DNA from: Eledone cirrhosa
Taxonomy: Eukaryota
Reading direction: 5' to 3'
Length of the DNA: 64,000 nucleotides
NCBI GenBank assembly: GCA_964016885.1
Contig: OZ024744.1
Coordinates: 91,636,001-91,700,000 of the forward strand
Below the pieces are notes generated by a model. It saw only the letters and a program-made list of their open reading frames with translations, did no database searches and was not told the origin of the DNA. Both the position numbers and the translations under genes were made by a program. Numbering within the stretch: the first letter of the stretch is position 1; every line of letters begins with the position of its first letter. Positions 11,070 through 23,339 of the stretch are shown here, piece by piece.

Positions 11070-13290
11070 AATTTCTTTATTAGCCACAAGGGCACAAAAG
11101 AAGGGGACAAATACAAATGGGGAGTTTACATACAGGTATATGAAAATAAAACTATTAATAAAATAACAAATAACAATTGAAATCCCCAATAGGGGGGAGC
11201 CGTTACACAGGGGTTGTACACACCCCGAAAAAATGTACAACCGTCATCTCCAGGAGCACCAAGAGTGAGTACTCCCTTCCTCTCTTCCTCTTTTTCCTCA
11301 ACATACAGGCTTATATAGAGAGAAGGCCCAACCACTCGGGCCATCTTTGCCACATTCACCAACCTTTTATAAAATTTTCTGGGGTACAGCACCTCTCTCT
11401 CCATCCTGATTCTTCTTCCAAAGTGATATTTGAAAAAACGAATCAGTTGCTCGCCGGAGAGAAAGGTGTCTGACCTCAGCCCTTTTAACCTCGTCCACCA
11501 TATAACCTTTTTCACCATAGCCATAACACATAGGAAAACCGCCTCTCCCTCGTTTTTGAAGGAGGGTGGCGGTTTGATCATGACAATGGACTCGGTGGTC
11601 AACTGGATTGGTCCCACCCCCGACAATAGTCATTCTACATAGACCCACAGGTCGGTAACGCCCGGGCAGTGTACAAATGCGTGCGCGATGGTTTCCTCGT
11701 CGTGCACGCATCTCGTACAGATCTTTTTTGAAGGGTTGCTGCCCAGGCGCCCGTGTCTGTAGAGATTGTCTTGAACTGGTAGAGCTCCTCGGTAGCACTG
11801 CCAGGTCAAGGACTTTTGGAAGTTGTCCATTGGTCTCAGGCGGAAGGTCCTACCGAACAGACTGGCCAGTTCGTCCTCCTATACGCCTAGAGTTTCTCCG
11901 AACGCGTCGTCGCACTTGCTGCGGACCAACCCCCTATAGAATGTCAAAGTGGAGTCTCCACTGATCGCCGGGTCCGTTTGCCAGAGGACTGTGAGCGCCT
12001 GAGCACATTCGATATGCCAGTCGCCCATTTTCCTCGGTCTTTGCTTGACCCAGGACTGTAGCTCGGTCAGCGAGACAAGTTGTGGGAAGGCTCGCCTCAC
12101 GAACAGGGCCCACACCGGTTGTCTGGTGAGGAATACGTGGAGGTGCCGCAGCCTGAGCGCGTGTTTGCGCATCGTCAGCCACACCATCCCCAGCCCTCCG
12201 TTTGAAGGGTGTTGGCAGCAGATGGATCTTCTCACCAAAGGAGCCCATTTCTTCCAAAGGAATTGGAAGAGCGCGCGCTCCATTTTGGTGAGCGTTTTGG
12301 CTGGACAAGGCATGACAGTCAAGTGGTAGTAGATGGCGGACGCTATAAAAGTGTTCGCCACCTCCGCTCACCATTCAAGGATAGTTTTCACTCGGCCCAC
12401 TTCTGGGTGAGCGCAAACACCTTGGCCGTCACCTCATTCCAGTTCTTCTCCACCTGGAGATCCGGACCAAACCAGACCCCGAACAGCTTTACTGGTCCTT
12501 CCGTCCAGCGTCCGATGACGCCATCGGAGTGCATCGGTTTGCCTCTCTACGTTCCGAGTTGCAAACCAACAGATTTGTCCCGGTTCAGCTTCGCTCCTGT
12601 GAACCTTTCGTATTCCTTCAGTAAGGTGCCGACTTCCTCGATTTGCGAGGCGCTCGACACCATTACTGTCACATCGTCGGCGTAGGCTGACGCCGCTTTC
12701 CGCAGTCCCGGTTCCAGAGGGATGCCCTGCAATAGCTCCAACCTCCGCAGTAGTGGCTCCAGAGTCAGTACGTACAGAAGGGAGGAGAGAGGGCATCCCT
12801 GTCGGATGGATCGCGTAATATGGAACGGCTCCGAGAGGTAGCCATTCACCTTGACTCTTGAGCAGATGTTGCTGCTGTGCATTGCAGCAATCCAGCCCCT
12901 GAACACGGGTCCGAAGCCTGCCGCCTCGAGCACCGCATCCAGGTAACGATGGTCAACCCTATCGAAAGCCTTAAACTGATCAAAGTTGATCAGGGCCCCA
13001 CCGAAGCTGGGTTCACACCCTACCTTCTCTATGATGTATCGCATGAGGTGGAGGTTGTCGTGTATGGACCTGGTCGGGATTGCGCATGTCTGCGCTTCTC
13101 CCACCAGGTTTTCGATGACAAGCGCCAGCCTCTTTGCCAACACCTTGGCCAAAATCTGTAACTCTGTGTTGAGCAGAGTTATGGGCCGGAAGTTGCCTAT
13201 GTCATCCCCTTTATTCTCATCCTTCCTGACTAACGTGACTACGCCCTTGGTCACAGAACTGGGAATTCTCCCGTTCTGCTGCCAGTTGCG
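11070..13290 (-). mobile_element. 5'-truncated Tx1-clade LINE (family 2), RT plus C-terminal zinc finger, frameshifted
   Basis: NFRPITLLNTE, DQFKAFDRVDH, IRQGCPLS, AYADDVT, CTRC...ETIAHAFVHC. Confidence 0.95.
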
Positions 13291-13415
13291 TAAACTGGAG
13301 CAATGTGAAATAAAGTGTCTTGCTCAAGGAAACAACACATCACCCGGTCTGAGAATTGAACTCACAACCTTTTGATTGCAAGGGCAATGCTCTAACCACT
13401 AAGCCATGGGCCTCC
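13291..13415 (-). mobile_element. Family-A SINE head abutting the Tx1 truncation point
   Basis: Reverse of ggaggcccatggcttagtggttagagc...ccttgagcaagacactt. Confidence 0.85.
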
Positions 13416-13450
13416 ATATATATATATAGATATATAGATATATAGTGAGT

Positions 13451-13500
<50 letters not shown>

Positions 13501-13614
13501 CAATGATTTACAGACATGAAATGGTTCATTTTTCAAGAGCAGACAGTCTTGGAGTTGAGTTTCACTTTATGTAGCAGAGAAGGAGAATATAGCTGTAAGT
13601 AGTTTGGAGAAAGA

Positions 13615-13885
13615 ACTACACAACAACCACAACCATAACCACAACCACTACCATAACCACCATTACCACCACCATAACCACCATCACCACCATAACCACT
13701 ATCATCACAATCACCACCATTACCACAGCTGTAACCACCACCATAACCACCATCAACACAACCACCACCATCACCACAGCTGTCACCACCACCATAACCA
13801 CCATCATCACAACCACCACCATCACCACCATTACCACAACTGTAACCACCACCATCACCACAATCACAACAACCACTACCACAAC
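13615..13885. repeat. Degenerate (CAC/CAT)n
   Basis: Direct reading. Confidence 0.95.
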
Positions 13886-13937
13886 TAGTGCTAGATTGCA
13901 AAATATATTTTAGATCAGATAATATCAGTTTATTGCT

Positions 13938-14230
13938 TTAACCCTTTCGTTACCATATTTCTAATGAAAAACACTTCCTATAGTTTTCAAATTATTTTTA
14001 AAATAGTCAAGAATTTGGAAAGATTTAGTAATATAACTAACTTTTTAATTATTTTGTTGGTGTTTGGAACATAACATAACACAGGTCCTTACATCAAATT
14101 ATGGTGGAAGATTTTTAGATAAATATGAACACCTTAAACGTTTTATTACCATATTTCTAATAAAAGACACTGCCTATGGTGTTCAAATAATTCTGAAAAT
14201 AATCAAGAATTTGGAAGTATTTAGTAATAA
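13938..14230. mobile_element. piggyBac-like MITE fragment with internal duplication
   Basis: TTAA|CCCTTTCG terminus; ttaccatatttctaat...caagaatttggaa occurs twice. Confidence 0.5.
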
Positions 14231-14299
14231 TAATTGTTTCTACTTTTGGCACAAGGCCAGCAATTACCCCAGTGTATTATAATAATATAATAATAATAA

Positions 14300-15303
14300 T
14301 GAAATGATTGTGTACAGTGTTCAGGTGCACTACAACTCATCAAAGGTGCATGTAAAGTACATAGAATAATGTTCAAATATCAGGAAAATGAACAGTGTAT
14401 GAGTCATGATATACATGTGTGCGTGTGTATGGAGGGTGGGGGGGATACTAGTGTAGTGTTGGTGAATTTCAGGAAGCATGGAGGTTTTAAAGGATGCAGT
14501 GTCTCGACAGCTAACAACTGATGCAGGTAGTTTGTTCCATGCTTCAGCAACTCTGAGCGTGAAAAAATGTTTCTGAAAGTCATGGGAGCTGTGTTGTTTT
14601 CTGACTTTGTAGGGATGGCCACAGGTGTTAGACACATGGAAGTCAAAAACGTACTCAGGGTTGTTGTTGTCAAGATGGTTAATAATTTTGTGGGTGTTTA
14701 CCAAGTCAGTTGCCAGACGTCGGAGCTTCAATGTATCCATGCCCAGGGAAACAAGGCGTTCAGAGTATGGTAGATGCCTGATGGAGGGTATTTGCTTGGT
14801 TGCACGTCTCTCAACAGTTTCCAGGAGGTCAATGTTCTGAGCAAGATAGGGGTTCCAGACTGGTGATGCAAATTCTAAGTGTGGCCGCACCATCGCCATG
14901 TACAGCCTTAAATAGATATCTGGAGAGCGGCTGACAAAGGTCTTGCTGAGTGATGCCAAGACACCCTTGCCCTTCTTGACAATTTAGTAGATGTGCTTCG
15001 TCCAACACAAATCGCTGCTGACCATAATGCCCAGGTCACGTTCACAAGAAGACTTCTTGATATTAGTGTTGTGGAAGGAGTATATGGACGCTGGGTTTTT
15101 ACTCCCAAAATGCATGGTGGTACACTTGTCCACAGCTAGCTTGAGTTGTCAGTCCGTGATCCATTGCTGCATTGTGTCCAGGTCTGATTACAGGCAAGAT
15201 CTATAGTGTTCAGGATCTGTCATTTTTATCTCAAGGTACAGCTTGATGTCATCTGCATATTTCAGTACTGTGGCATTCTTTAAGTTGGCATCTATGTCAT
15301 TAT
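14300..15303 (-). mobile_element. 5'-truncated CR1-clade LINE
   Basis: YADDIKLY near 15260; LYMAMVRPHLEFASPVWNPY, LRRLATDL, FFTLRVAEAWNKLP; (ATT)n tail. Confidence 0.9.
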
Positions 15304-15545
15304 TTCATCAACCCCGTAAGGATGAAAGGCAAAGTTAACCATGGCAGGATTTGAACTCAGACCATAAAGGGCCGTAACTCTATGCTGCAAAGTATGGCGT
15401 CCGACACTCTACCAATACTGTTAATAATGATTTCTGATTTAGGCACAAGCCCAACAATTTTTGGGAGAGGAGAAAGTCGATTAAATCAACTCCAGTGCAT
15501 TACTGGTACTTTATTTTATCGACCCTGTAAGGATGAAAAGCAACA
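15303..15545 (-). mobile_element. Two partial family-B SINEs
   Basis: ccccgtaaggatgaaaggcaaagttaacc motif, repeated in diverged form. Confidence 0.8.
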
Positions 15546-15691
15546 GCCAATCCCCACTGTAATGTGTTTGCGATAGGAAGGGCACCCCAGCCATAGAATC
15601 CATGCCAAAATATAGATCTCTGTGAGCATAACGTGAAGTTTGGACCCAACTTGTCTTGTAAAGGTGACAATGTGTGGAAAATGGACTCTAA

Positions 15692-15933
15692 ATGATGATG
15701 ATGATGATTAAGGTGATGATGATGATGATGACAATGACGACGAAAATGACGATGATTATGGTGAAGATGATGATGATGATGATGATGATGAGGACAATAA
15801 TGATGATGGTGATGATGATTATGACAATGATGATGATGATGATTATGACAATGATGATGATGGTGATGACAATGATGATATTGACGATGATGGTGATGAT
15901 GATGGTGACGATGACGATGATGATGATGGTGAC

Positions 15934-15980
<47 letters not shown>

Positions 15981-16110
15981 CAATGATGATATTGACGATG
16001 ATGATGATGATGGTGACGATGATGATGATGATGATGATGATGAGGATGATGACAATGATGATATTGACGATGATGATGATGATGATGATGGTGTTGATGA
16101 TGATGATCAC
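15692..16110. repeat. (ATG)n degenerate microsatellite
   Basis: Direct reading. Confidence 0.95.
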
Positions 16111-16634
16111 ACTTTAATACAAACAGTTTAGAACTACGTAAGGGTAGTTTTATGTGGTTTTGGTATCAAAAGAGTTGAAACATCCAGCTGTTAAACTCAA
16201 CCTCAGAAAGGAACCCCCATGATGTCCATAAAGCCTATCATAGGGGCCTGCAACTTTACCCCTGCCTGCTTTGACAGTGTATGTAAATAGCCATTAAAAT
16301 GCTTTCATCATATATTGTTTATTTAGAATAGTTTTCATTGGCAAAATTTCCCATTTCTCACCATCATTCACCATAACTCTAATTGACGTCTAATTATTTC
16401 TAATTAAAAAGAAAAAAAAAAAATGTTTTCGTTATTGTTGTTCTTGTTGTTGTTCCATATTTCTGCTGTTTGTTGTTGTTGTTGTTGTTATTGTCATTGT
16501 TGTTGTTGTTGTTGTTGTTCTGGCTAGGGTATTGTTATTGTTGGTGCCTATATTCATAAATATTCATATATGTGTTTCAGAATATGTATGAATACATGTG
16601 TGTATATATATCTGTGTATGTATATATATCTGTG

Positions 16635-16679
<45 letters not shown>

Positions 16680-16924
16680 ATGTTTGTGTATATATGTGTG
16701 TGTGCCTATATGTGTGTATGTGTGAGTGTTCTCCTTGCTAGCAGTTAATATATTTTGAAAATATGTTTGCCTTTTTTTTTTTCCTTTTGGAAAGCAACCA
16801 CAATGCAGATAATTATAAATAATAGTTGAGTAAGTTGGCTAAGGCACCCCTGGATATGGGTATATATATATATATATATATTGAAACATGTAAATTAAAT
16901 AAATATATAAATTGTTAAACCTTG

Positions 16925-17195
16925 GTGATCTATTGCTGTTCGGGTCTGAGACTTGGACATTGATCAAGACACTCACTCAAATGGTGGATGGGTGCTACAC
17001 GAGAATGCTGAGGATGGCTCTGAACATTAATCAGTATACACTGAGGATGAAGAACTCAGAGCTGTACGGGAGCCTCCCAAAAGTCAACTCGAAAGTCAAC
17101 TCGAAAGAGGACACTGAGGTTAATTGGACATGTTCACCGACATTCAGAGTTGACACTGAAAGAGAGCGATGGAGAAAACTGGTCCATAGATCTTG
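16925..17195 (+). mobile_element. RTE-clade LINE fragment (different family, internally deleted)
   Basis: LLFGSETWTLIKTLTQMVDGCYTRMLRMALNI...ERERWRKLV. Confidence 0.75.
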
Positions 17196-17220
17196 GGAAT
17201 TTTACCTGCCCTATATATAT

Positions 17221-17257
<37 letters not shown>

Positions 17258-17274
17258 TATATATATATATATAT

Positions 17275-17348
<74 letters not shown>

Positions 17349-17461
17349 TAAAAAAATAATGAATAAAACAATGAAACAGTTCCTTATATTAAACAAAAAA
17401 AGTTCATTATTTAACGATCGTTTCTAGGATATATATGTGTTAGAATTGGCATGCATATTGG

Positions 17462-17532
<71 letters not shown>

Positions 17533-17588
17533 TATATATATTATATATATATCATATATATATATATATATATGATATATATATATAT

Positions 17589-18725
17589 ATGCAAAGTATG
17601 GGTGCATAAAAGATGTAGTGGGATCACAGGTAAGCTAACTAAGAACATAGATTTTACATGTGGCCGGTGCTCTGGTGCAATAAGTAGCAGCAAGTGCCCA
17701 CAAACTACTAGCTCTTTCAATTGCGCAGAGGGTTCTATAGAAATAGTGGACAGCTTCCGTTACCTAGGCGATAAAATCAGCAGTGGGGGAGGGTGCTCTG
17801 AAAGTACTGTAGCTAGAGTCAGAACTGGTTGGAAAAAGTTCAGAGAGCTTATACCACTATTAGCTGCTAAAGGGTTCTCACTAAAAATGAAAGGCAGGTT
17901 GTACGATGCCTGCATACGAACAGCAATGCTGCATGGCAGTGAGACCTGGGCATTGTGTGCAGAGGATATACGCAGACTAGAGAGGAACGAAGCTTGCATG
18001 CTCCGCTGGATGTGTAACAGTAATATACGTGAACGGCAAAGCATAAACGAACTAAGGAATAAATTAGAGATAAGAGGGATCAGATGTTGTTTACTCGAGA
18101 GAAGGCTACGTTGGTATGGACACGTGATGCGCATGAAAGTCGATAGCTGTATAACAAAGTGCAGGGCAATAAAGATAGACGGTAGTCACGGAATAGGCAG
18201 ACCTAGAAAAACCTGGGACGAGCTGATAAACTACGACATCACACACTTACACCTCTCCAAGACAATGTCACTGGACCGAGACCTTTGGCGGTACTCAGTA
18301 ACAGAGAAGACCCGCCTTACCTAAATATATAGTAAAACCTACTCCAGCCAGTAGGCATCTCTAACAAAATACACCCCGTCCCACCACCCCCACCCCCACC
18401 CGATCCACACCACCCCGTTCTATGTAAAGTCATGTTGGTGCCGCGCCATCGAGGCCGAAACAAATGAGATCGTGTAGGTGTCACGACAAAAAAACACACA
18501 GTCCACGCTGTAATGTGGCCGTGTAGGCAACACGGTAAAAACCTCCCAGACCCACACTGTAAATGTGGTTGGTGTTAGGAAGGGCATCCAACTGTAGAAA
18601 ACCTGCCAGACAGTCCTATGCGAGCAAGACAATCACTCTTGCCTCAAGTGGGACTACCCCCGTCCAAACCCATGCAAGCGTGGAACACGGACGTTAAACG
18701 TTGATGATGATGATGATGATGATAT
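17589..18725 (+). mobile_element. 5'-truncated RTE-clade LINE with open RT C-terminus, 3'UTR and (ATG)n tail
   Basis: CKVWVHKRCSG...FTCGRC...VDSFRYLGD...GSETWAL...RRLRWYGHVMRM...GRPRKTWDE, stop at 18324. Confidence 0.95.
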
Positions 18726-18733
18726 ATGATATT

Positions 18734-19126
18734 GAGGCACATGGCTTATTGGTTAGAGCATTGGCCTTGCAATCGAAAGGTTGTGAGTTCAATTCTCAGA
18801 CCGGGGGATGTGTTGTTTCCTTGAGCAAGACACTTTATTTCACATTGCTCCAGTTTACTCAGCTGTAGAAATGAGATGATAGGGAATGATGTCCCTATCA
18901 TTCCACTGCAAAGTGGTTGTGGAGGTCCCACGGCAAAAAAAGCACCTAGCACCCACTGCAAAGTGGTCGTGGAGGTGCCACGGCGAAAAAGCACCCAGCC
19001 CACACTGTAAATGAGGTTGGTGTTAGGAAGGGCATGCAGCTGTAGAAATCCAGCCAGAATCAGTTCCCGTCCCACCCTTGCAAGCAGGGGAAAGCGGACG
19101 TAAAATCAAATGATGATGATGATGAT
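18734..19126 (+). mobile_element. Full-length family-A SINE
   Basis: tRNA-like head, ccttgagcaagacactt core, RTE-shared tail, (atg)n. Confidence 0.9.
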
Positions 19127-19133
19127 ATATATA

Positions 19134-19692
19134 CAGTGTACCCCCTGGCATTCGTGGCCCTGGTTATTCCCGGAATTTTCCTTAGAATCTAACTAATAAT
19201 TATTTGTGGAAACCACCACATATTCGTGAAATCGTAAATATCTTCTGAAATTTTTTTATGGCTTTTTTCGTGGCAATATATTTTTTCACACCTTTCAACA
19301 CTAAATTATTAATAACAATATACCGTATATGCTGGTCTATATATTACATTATGTTTTAACCCTTTAGCATTCAAACTGGCCATATCCAGCCAGAGTCTCT
19401 CACTTCTTTCTGTTCAAACCAGCCATAACTGGCTGCTCATATCTCTACTAAGGTATTGTTCTCAAAATAAGTGACATCAAAATCTCGTAGATTTGATATT
19501 ACATAAATAATTATGTAAAATAAAGCCTTTATTGTGAAAATACAATAGTAACTATACAATAATGTAAATGCTAAATGTTAATGTTTATAGGCATTTTTAT
19601 GGACCATGTCTCCAATGTTCAAGGTTTTTCACTCTTTGCGGGTGCTCTAGGAACAGACCCCCCCTCCCCCCTCGAATACCGAGGTGGGTGTT
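19134..19692. mobile_element. pogo/Tigger-like MITE remnant with nested piggyBac-like MITE fragment (19357-19520)
   Basis: ta|cagtgtaccccctggcattcg start and cgaataccgagg end; nested TTAA|CCCTTTAGCA terminus matches the 33380-33535 family inverted. Confidence 0.5.
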
Positions 19693-19879
19693 TTACTAAC
19701 GGCATACCAGTGCAAGCACACACATATACACACACACATAGAGACACAGACACACACATAGACACACACACATACACACACACATGTACACACACACACA
19801 TAGAGACACATACACACACATGCACACACACAAACGTATACATATACACATACATACATATACACAGAAAACACATATA

Positions 19880-20077
19880 CGAGGAATGACTGAAAAGTTC
19901 ATAGTCTGACCAAGATACTCTCATGGAATGACCAAATGAGGTTTATTTTTCAACATACTCCCTGGAAAGAAACAATGCAGTTATTAACAAGAAGAACTGA
20001 AATTAATGCGTGAAAGATTTCACTGCTCTAGCATCACTCCTTCATAGTCAGCTTATGAACTTTTCAGCCAACTCTTG
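19880..20077. mobile_element. Mariner-derived MITE (~200 bp) with TA TSD
   Basis: ta|cgaggaatgactgaaaagttcatag ... ttatgaacttttcagccaactcttg|ta. Confidence 0.85.
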
Positions 20078-20441
20078 TATGTAACATACATACACGTACT
20101 CATGCACATGCACACACAAACACAAATATGCACACATTCACACAAGCACATACACACACAAACACATACATACACACAAACACATACATACACACAAACA
20201 CATACACTCACACACATACATTCACACTCACATATACAAACACATACACTCACACACATATATTAACACACATTCACACACATATGCAAGCACATACATA
20301 CACACAAACAAATACACTCACAAACATACGGACACAGATGCAAACAGTCACGCACACACATATACCCACATACAAGAAATTGTCGTCTACCGAATGTTTG
20401 TATAAAGTTTAAGTTTCCTTTCACACTTTCTTCATTATTTT

Positions 20442-20625
20442 AAAGGCAAAGTTAACCTCGGTGGGATTTGAACTCAGATCATAAAGAGTTACGGCCCTTT
20501 ATGATCTGAGTTCAAATCCCGCCGAGGTTAACTTTGCCTTTCATCCTTACGGGGTTGATAAAATAAAGTACCAGTAATACACTGAATTAATTGCTGGCCT
20601 TGTGGCAATAGTAGAAACAATTATT
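20442..20625 (+). mobile_element. Family-B SINE with inverted 5' duplication (45-bp hairpin)
   Basis: 20442-20486 pairs with 20497-20541. Confidence 0.8.
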
Positions 20626-20888
20626 TTTGATTAATGTAATATTTATATATAAAAATATATATATATTACTTTATTCATTTTCTCATCTTTTATTTTTCCT
20701 CAAATCTCTGATTTATTTTAATTTTATATTTGTAGTGTATATTTAATTCATCATTTTTTTTGTTGTTGTTGTTGTTGTTGTTGCAATCTACAGGGAAATA
20801 TGTAAATTTGATATGTTTACATGCTTACACAATAAATATATGTATAATTGTACACTCAGTCATTCATATCAGTTAATTCTGTATTGTA

Positions 20889-21585
20889 CAGGGTGGTCCA
20901 AAAGTCTTGTCACTCCCTACCAAAAAGTAATGTTCTCATCGCAGTATCGTCCTCTTCGGAGCAGCTGGTTTGCCGAATCTTGCAGTGAAGTCATGTCACA
21001 CATCTTCCATGGCTCTTGCCAGAATGCACACGATCATGTGTCCACACACTTGCAAGCAGCCTCTCTTCCAAACTGTAGGAGCTCTGAAATAGAAAATTAT
21101 ATTATTATTAGGCGGTGAATTGTCAGTATCGATAGAGGGTCAGATGCCATGCTTTCCAGCATAGTTACGTCCCTTTACGGGCTGAGTTCAAATCCCGTTG
21201 AGGTTAACTTTGCCTTTCATCCTTACGGGGTCGATAAAATAATGTACTGGGTAATTGCTGGCCTTGTGTCAAAAGTAGAAACAATTATTATTATATATTA
21301 TAATTAATTTTATTATATATTATATTATTAAAACAAAAAATAATTGTTTCTACTTTTTGGCACAAGGCCAGCAATTATCCCAGTGCATTACTGGTACTTT
21401 ATTTTATCGACCCCGTAAGGATGAAAGGCAACGTTAACCTCAGCGGGATTCGAACTCAGAATGGCAAGGGCCGTAACACTATGTGTCAAAGCATGGTGTC
21501 CGACCCTCTACCGATACTGCCAATCCACCGCCAAAAAATAATGAAAGTTAAAACAATATGTGACAAGACTTTCGGAGCACCCTGC
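20889..21585 (-). mobile_element. Internally deleted Tc1/mariner element with DUF4817-like HTH transposase remnant and two nested SINEs
   Basis: TIRs cagggtggtccaaaagtcttgtcac / gtgacaagactttcggagcaccctg; minus 21083-20930 reads YSLEERLLASVWTHDRVHSGK/MEDV*HDFTARFGKPAAPKRTILR*E. Confidence 0.75.
21110..21533. mobile_element. Tail-to-tail pair of full-length family-B SINEs (+ 21110-21290, - 21340-21533)
   Basis: Same consensus in opposite orientations about 50 bp apart. Confidence 0.9.
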
Positions 21586-21694
21586 ATATTTAATTCATCA
21601 TTTTTTTTATTGTTATTGTTGTTGTTGTGATCTAAGGGAAATATGTAAATTTGATATGTTTACAAGCTTACACAATGAATGTATGTATAATTGT

Positions 21695-22612
21695 ATCATC
21701 ATCATCATCATCATCACCGATTTACGTCCGTTCTTCCACGCTAGCATGGGTTAGACGGGTTGTCCTGTTGTGGGCAGTGTCTGGTTGGCTGACCATGCCT
21801 TGCTCATACAGGAACTGATTTGGCTTGATTTCTACAGCTGGATGCCCTTCCTAACACCAACCTCATTTACAGTGAGTGCTGGGTGCTTTTTCGTGGCGCC
21901 TACACGTCCACTTTACAGTGTGGGCTGGGTGCTTTTTTGCCGTGGCGCCTCCACGACCACCTTGCAGTGGAGGGTGTGGGGGCATATTGTCTATATGCTT
22001 CAGCTTGTACCCATGGGGGGGGGGGGGGTACTCTGTATTACTGCGTGACGCCAGAGGTCACGGTCATGTGTCATCGCCTTTGAGAGGTGTAATTGGGTAA
22101 GGTCGGCTTTTATCACCTCATCCCAGGTCATCTTGGGTCTCCCAACTCCGCAGTTTCCATCGACTTCTAGTGCTCTGCACCTCTTTATGCAGCTGTCATC
22201 CTTCATACGCATCACATGTCCATACCAACGCACCCGCCTCTCCTGCACACAGCATTTGATTCCTCTTATGCTCAGTCTCTCTCTCAATTCATTTATGCTT
22301 TGTCGTTCACGTATATTACTGTTACACATCCATCAGAGCATGCAGGCTTCGTTTCTCTCTAATCTACGTAAGTCTTCCACCTTCAGCGCCCAGGTCTCAC
22401 TACCATGCAACATTGCTGGTCGTATACACGCATCATACAGTCTGCCTTTCATTCTGAGGGAGAAGCCTTTTGCAGCTAGCAGTGGTAGTAGTTCCCTAAA
22501 CTTCTTCCATCCCGTTCTTACTCTAGTTATTGTACTTTCTGAACACCCACCTCTGCTGCTAAATCGGTCACCTAGGTAGCAGAAGCTGTCTACTGTTTCT
22601 ACAGAGCCCTCC
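21695..22612 (-). mobile_element. 5'-truncated RTE-clade LINE with 3'UTR
   Basis: VETVDSFCYLGD...RRVRWYGHVMRMKDDSCIKRCR...GRPKMTWDE; (ATG)n tail. Confidence 0.9.
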
Positions 22613-22919
22613 CAGTTGTATACGCATATCAGTTAATTCTATATTGTATATGTACTGATACATATTGATTGTATATTTGTAATGTTATAGGTGGAGTTAA
22701 TTCATTGATTTATTTTCATGAATATTTTTATACATTTAAAAAAAAAAAAATTTCTCTACTGTTTACCCACGGTGGTCAATAATGTGTACTTGCAGATTTA
22801 CAACATCAGCAAAAACTACACTGCTCATAGCCGAGGCACACAGAGCTGTGCTTGGTAAAGCAATAATGATGTGCAATAAAAATAATAATGGAAATAATAA
22901 TAACAATAAAAATAATAAT

Positions 22920-23048
22920 AATAATTGTTTCTACTTTAGGCACAAGGCCAGCAAATTACCCAGTACATTACTGGTATTTTATTTTATCGACCCTGAAAGG
23001 ATGAAAGGCAAAGTTAACCTCAGCAGGATTTGAACTCAAACCGTAAAG
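22920..23048 (-). mobile_element. Partial family-B SINE with (ATT)n tail
   Basis: Consensus match to other copies in the window. Confidence 0.85.
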
Positions 23049-23339
23049 ATAATAATAATAATAATAATGATTTCATTTATTAGCCACAAGGGCCGACATG
23101 TAATACAAAGACAGGGACAGTAGGGGTTTACAATAAGGTCGAGTAAAAGTGCACAATGGTAAGGCTAATTTAACAATGAAGATATACAAACATAAAATAA
23201 ACTATGCATAAATATAACAAAATAAATTCCCGATAGGGGGTGGACGACCCTGGGGTGACTCGGGTACCCCACCAATCCTGAACCACACTGCGCTTCTAGG
23301 GCACCCAGGGAGAGCACCCCTCTCCTCAAGTTAGCTAGC

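Noticed and set aside
13533-13901. Gly/Cys-rich or His-rich ORFs
   Set aside because: Trinucleotide microsatellite translations
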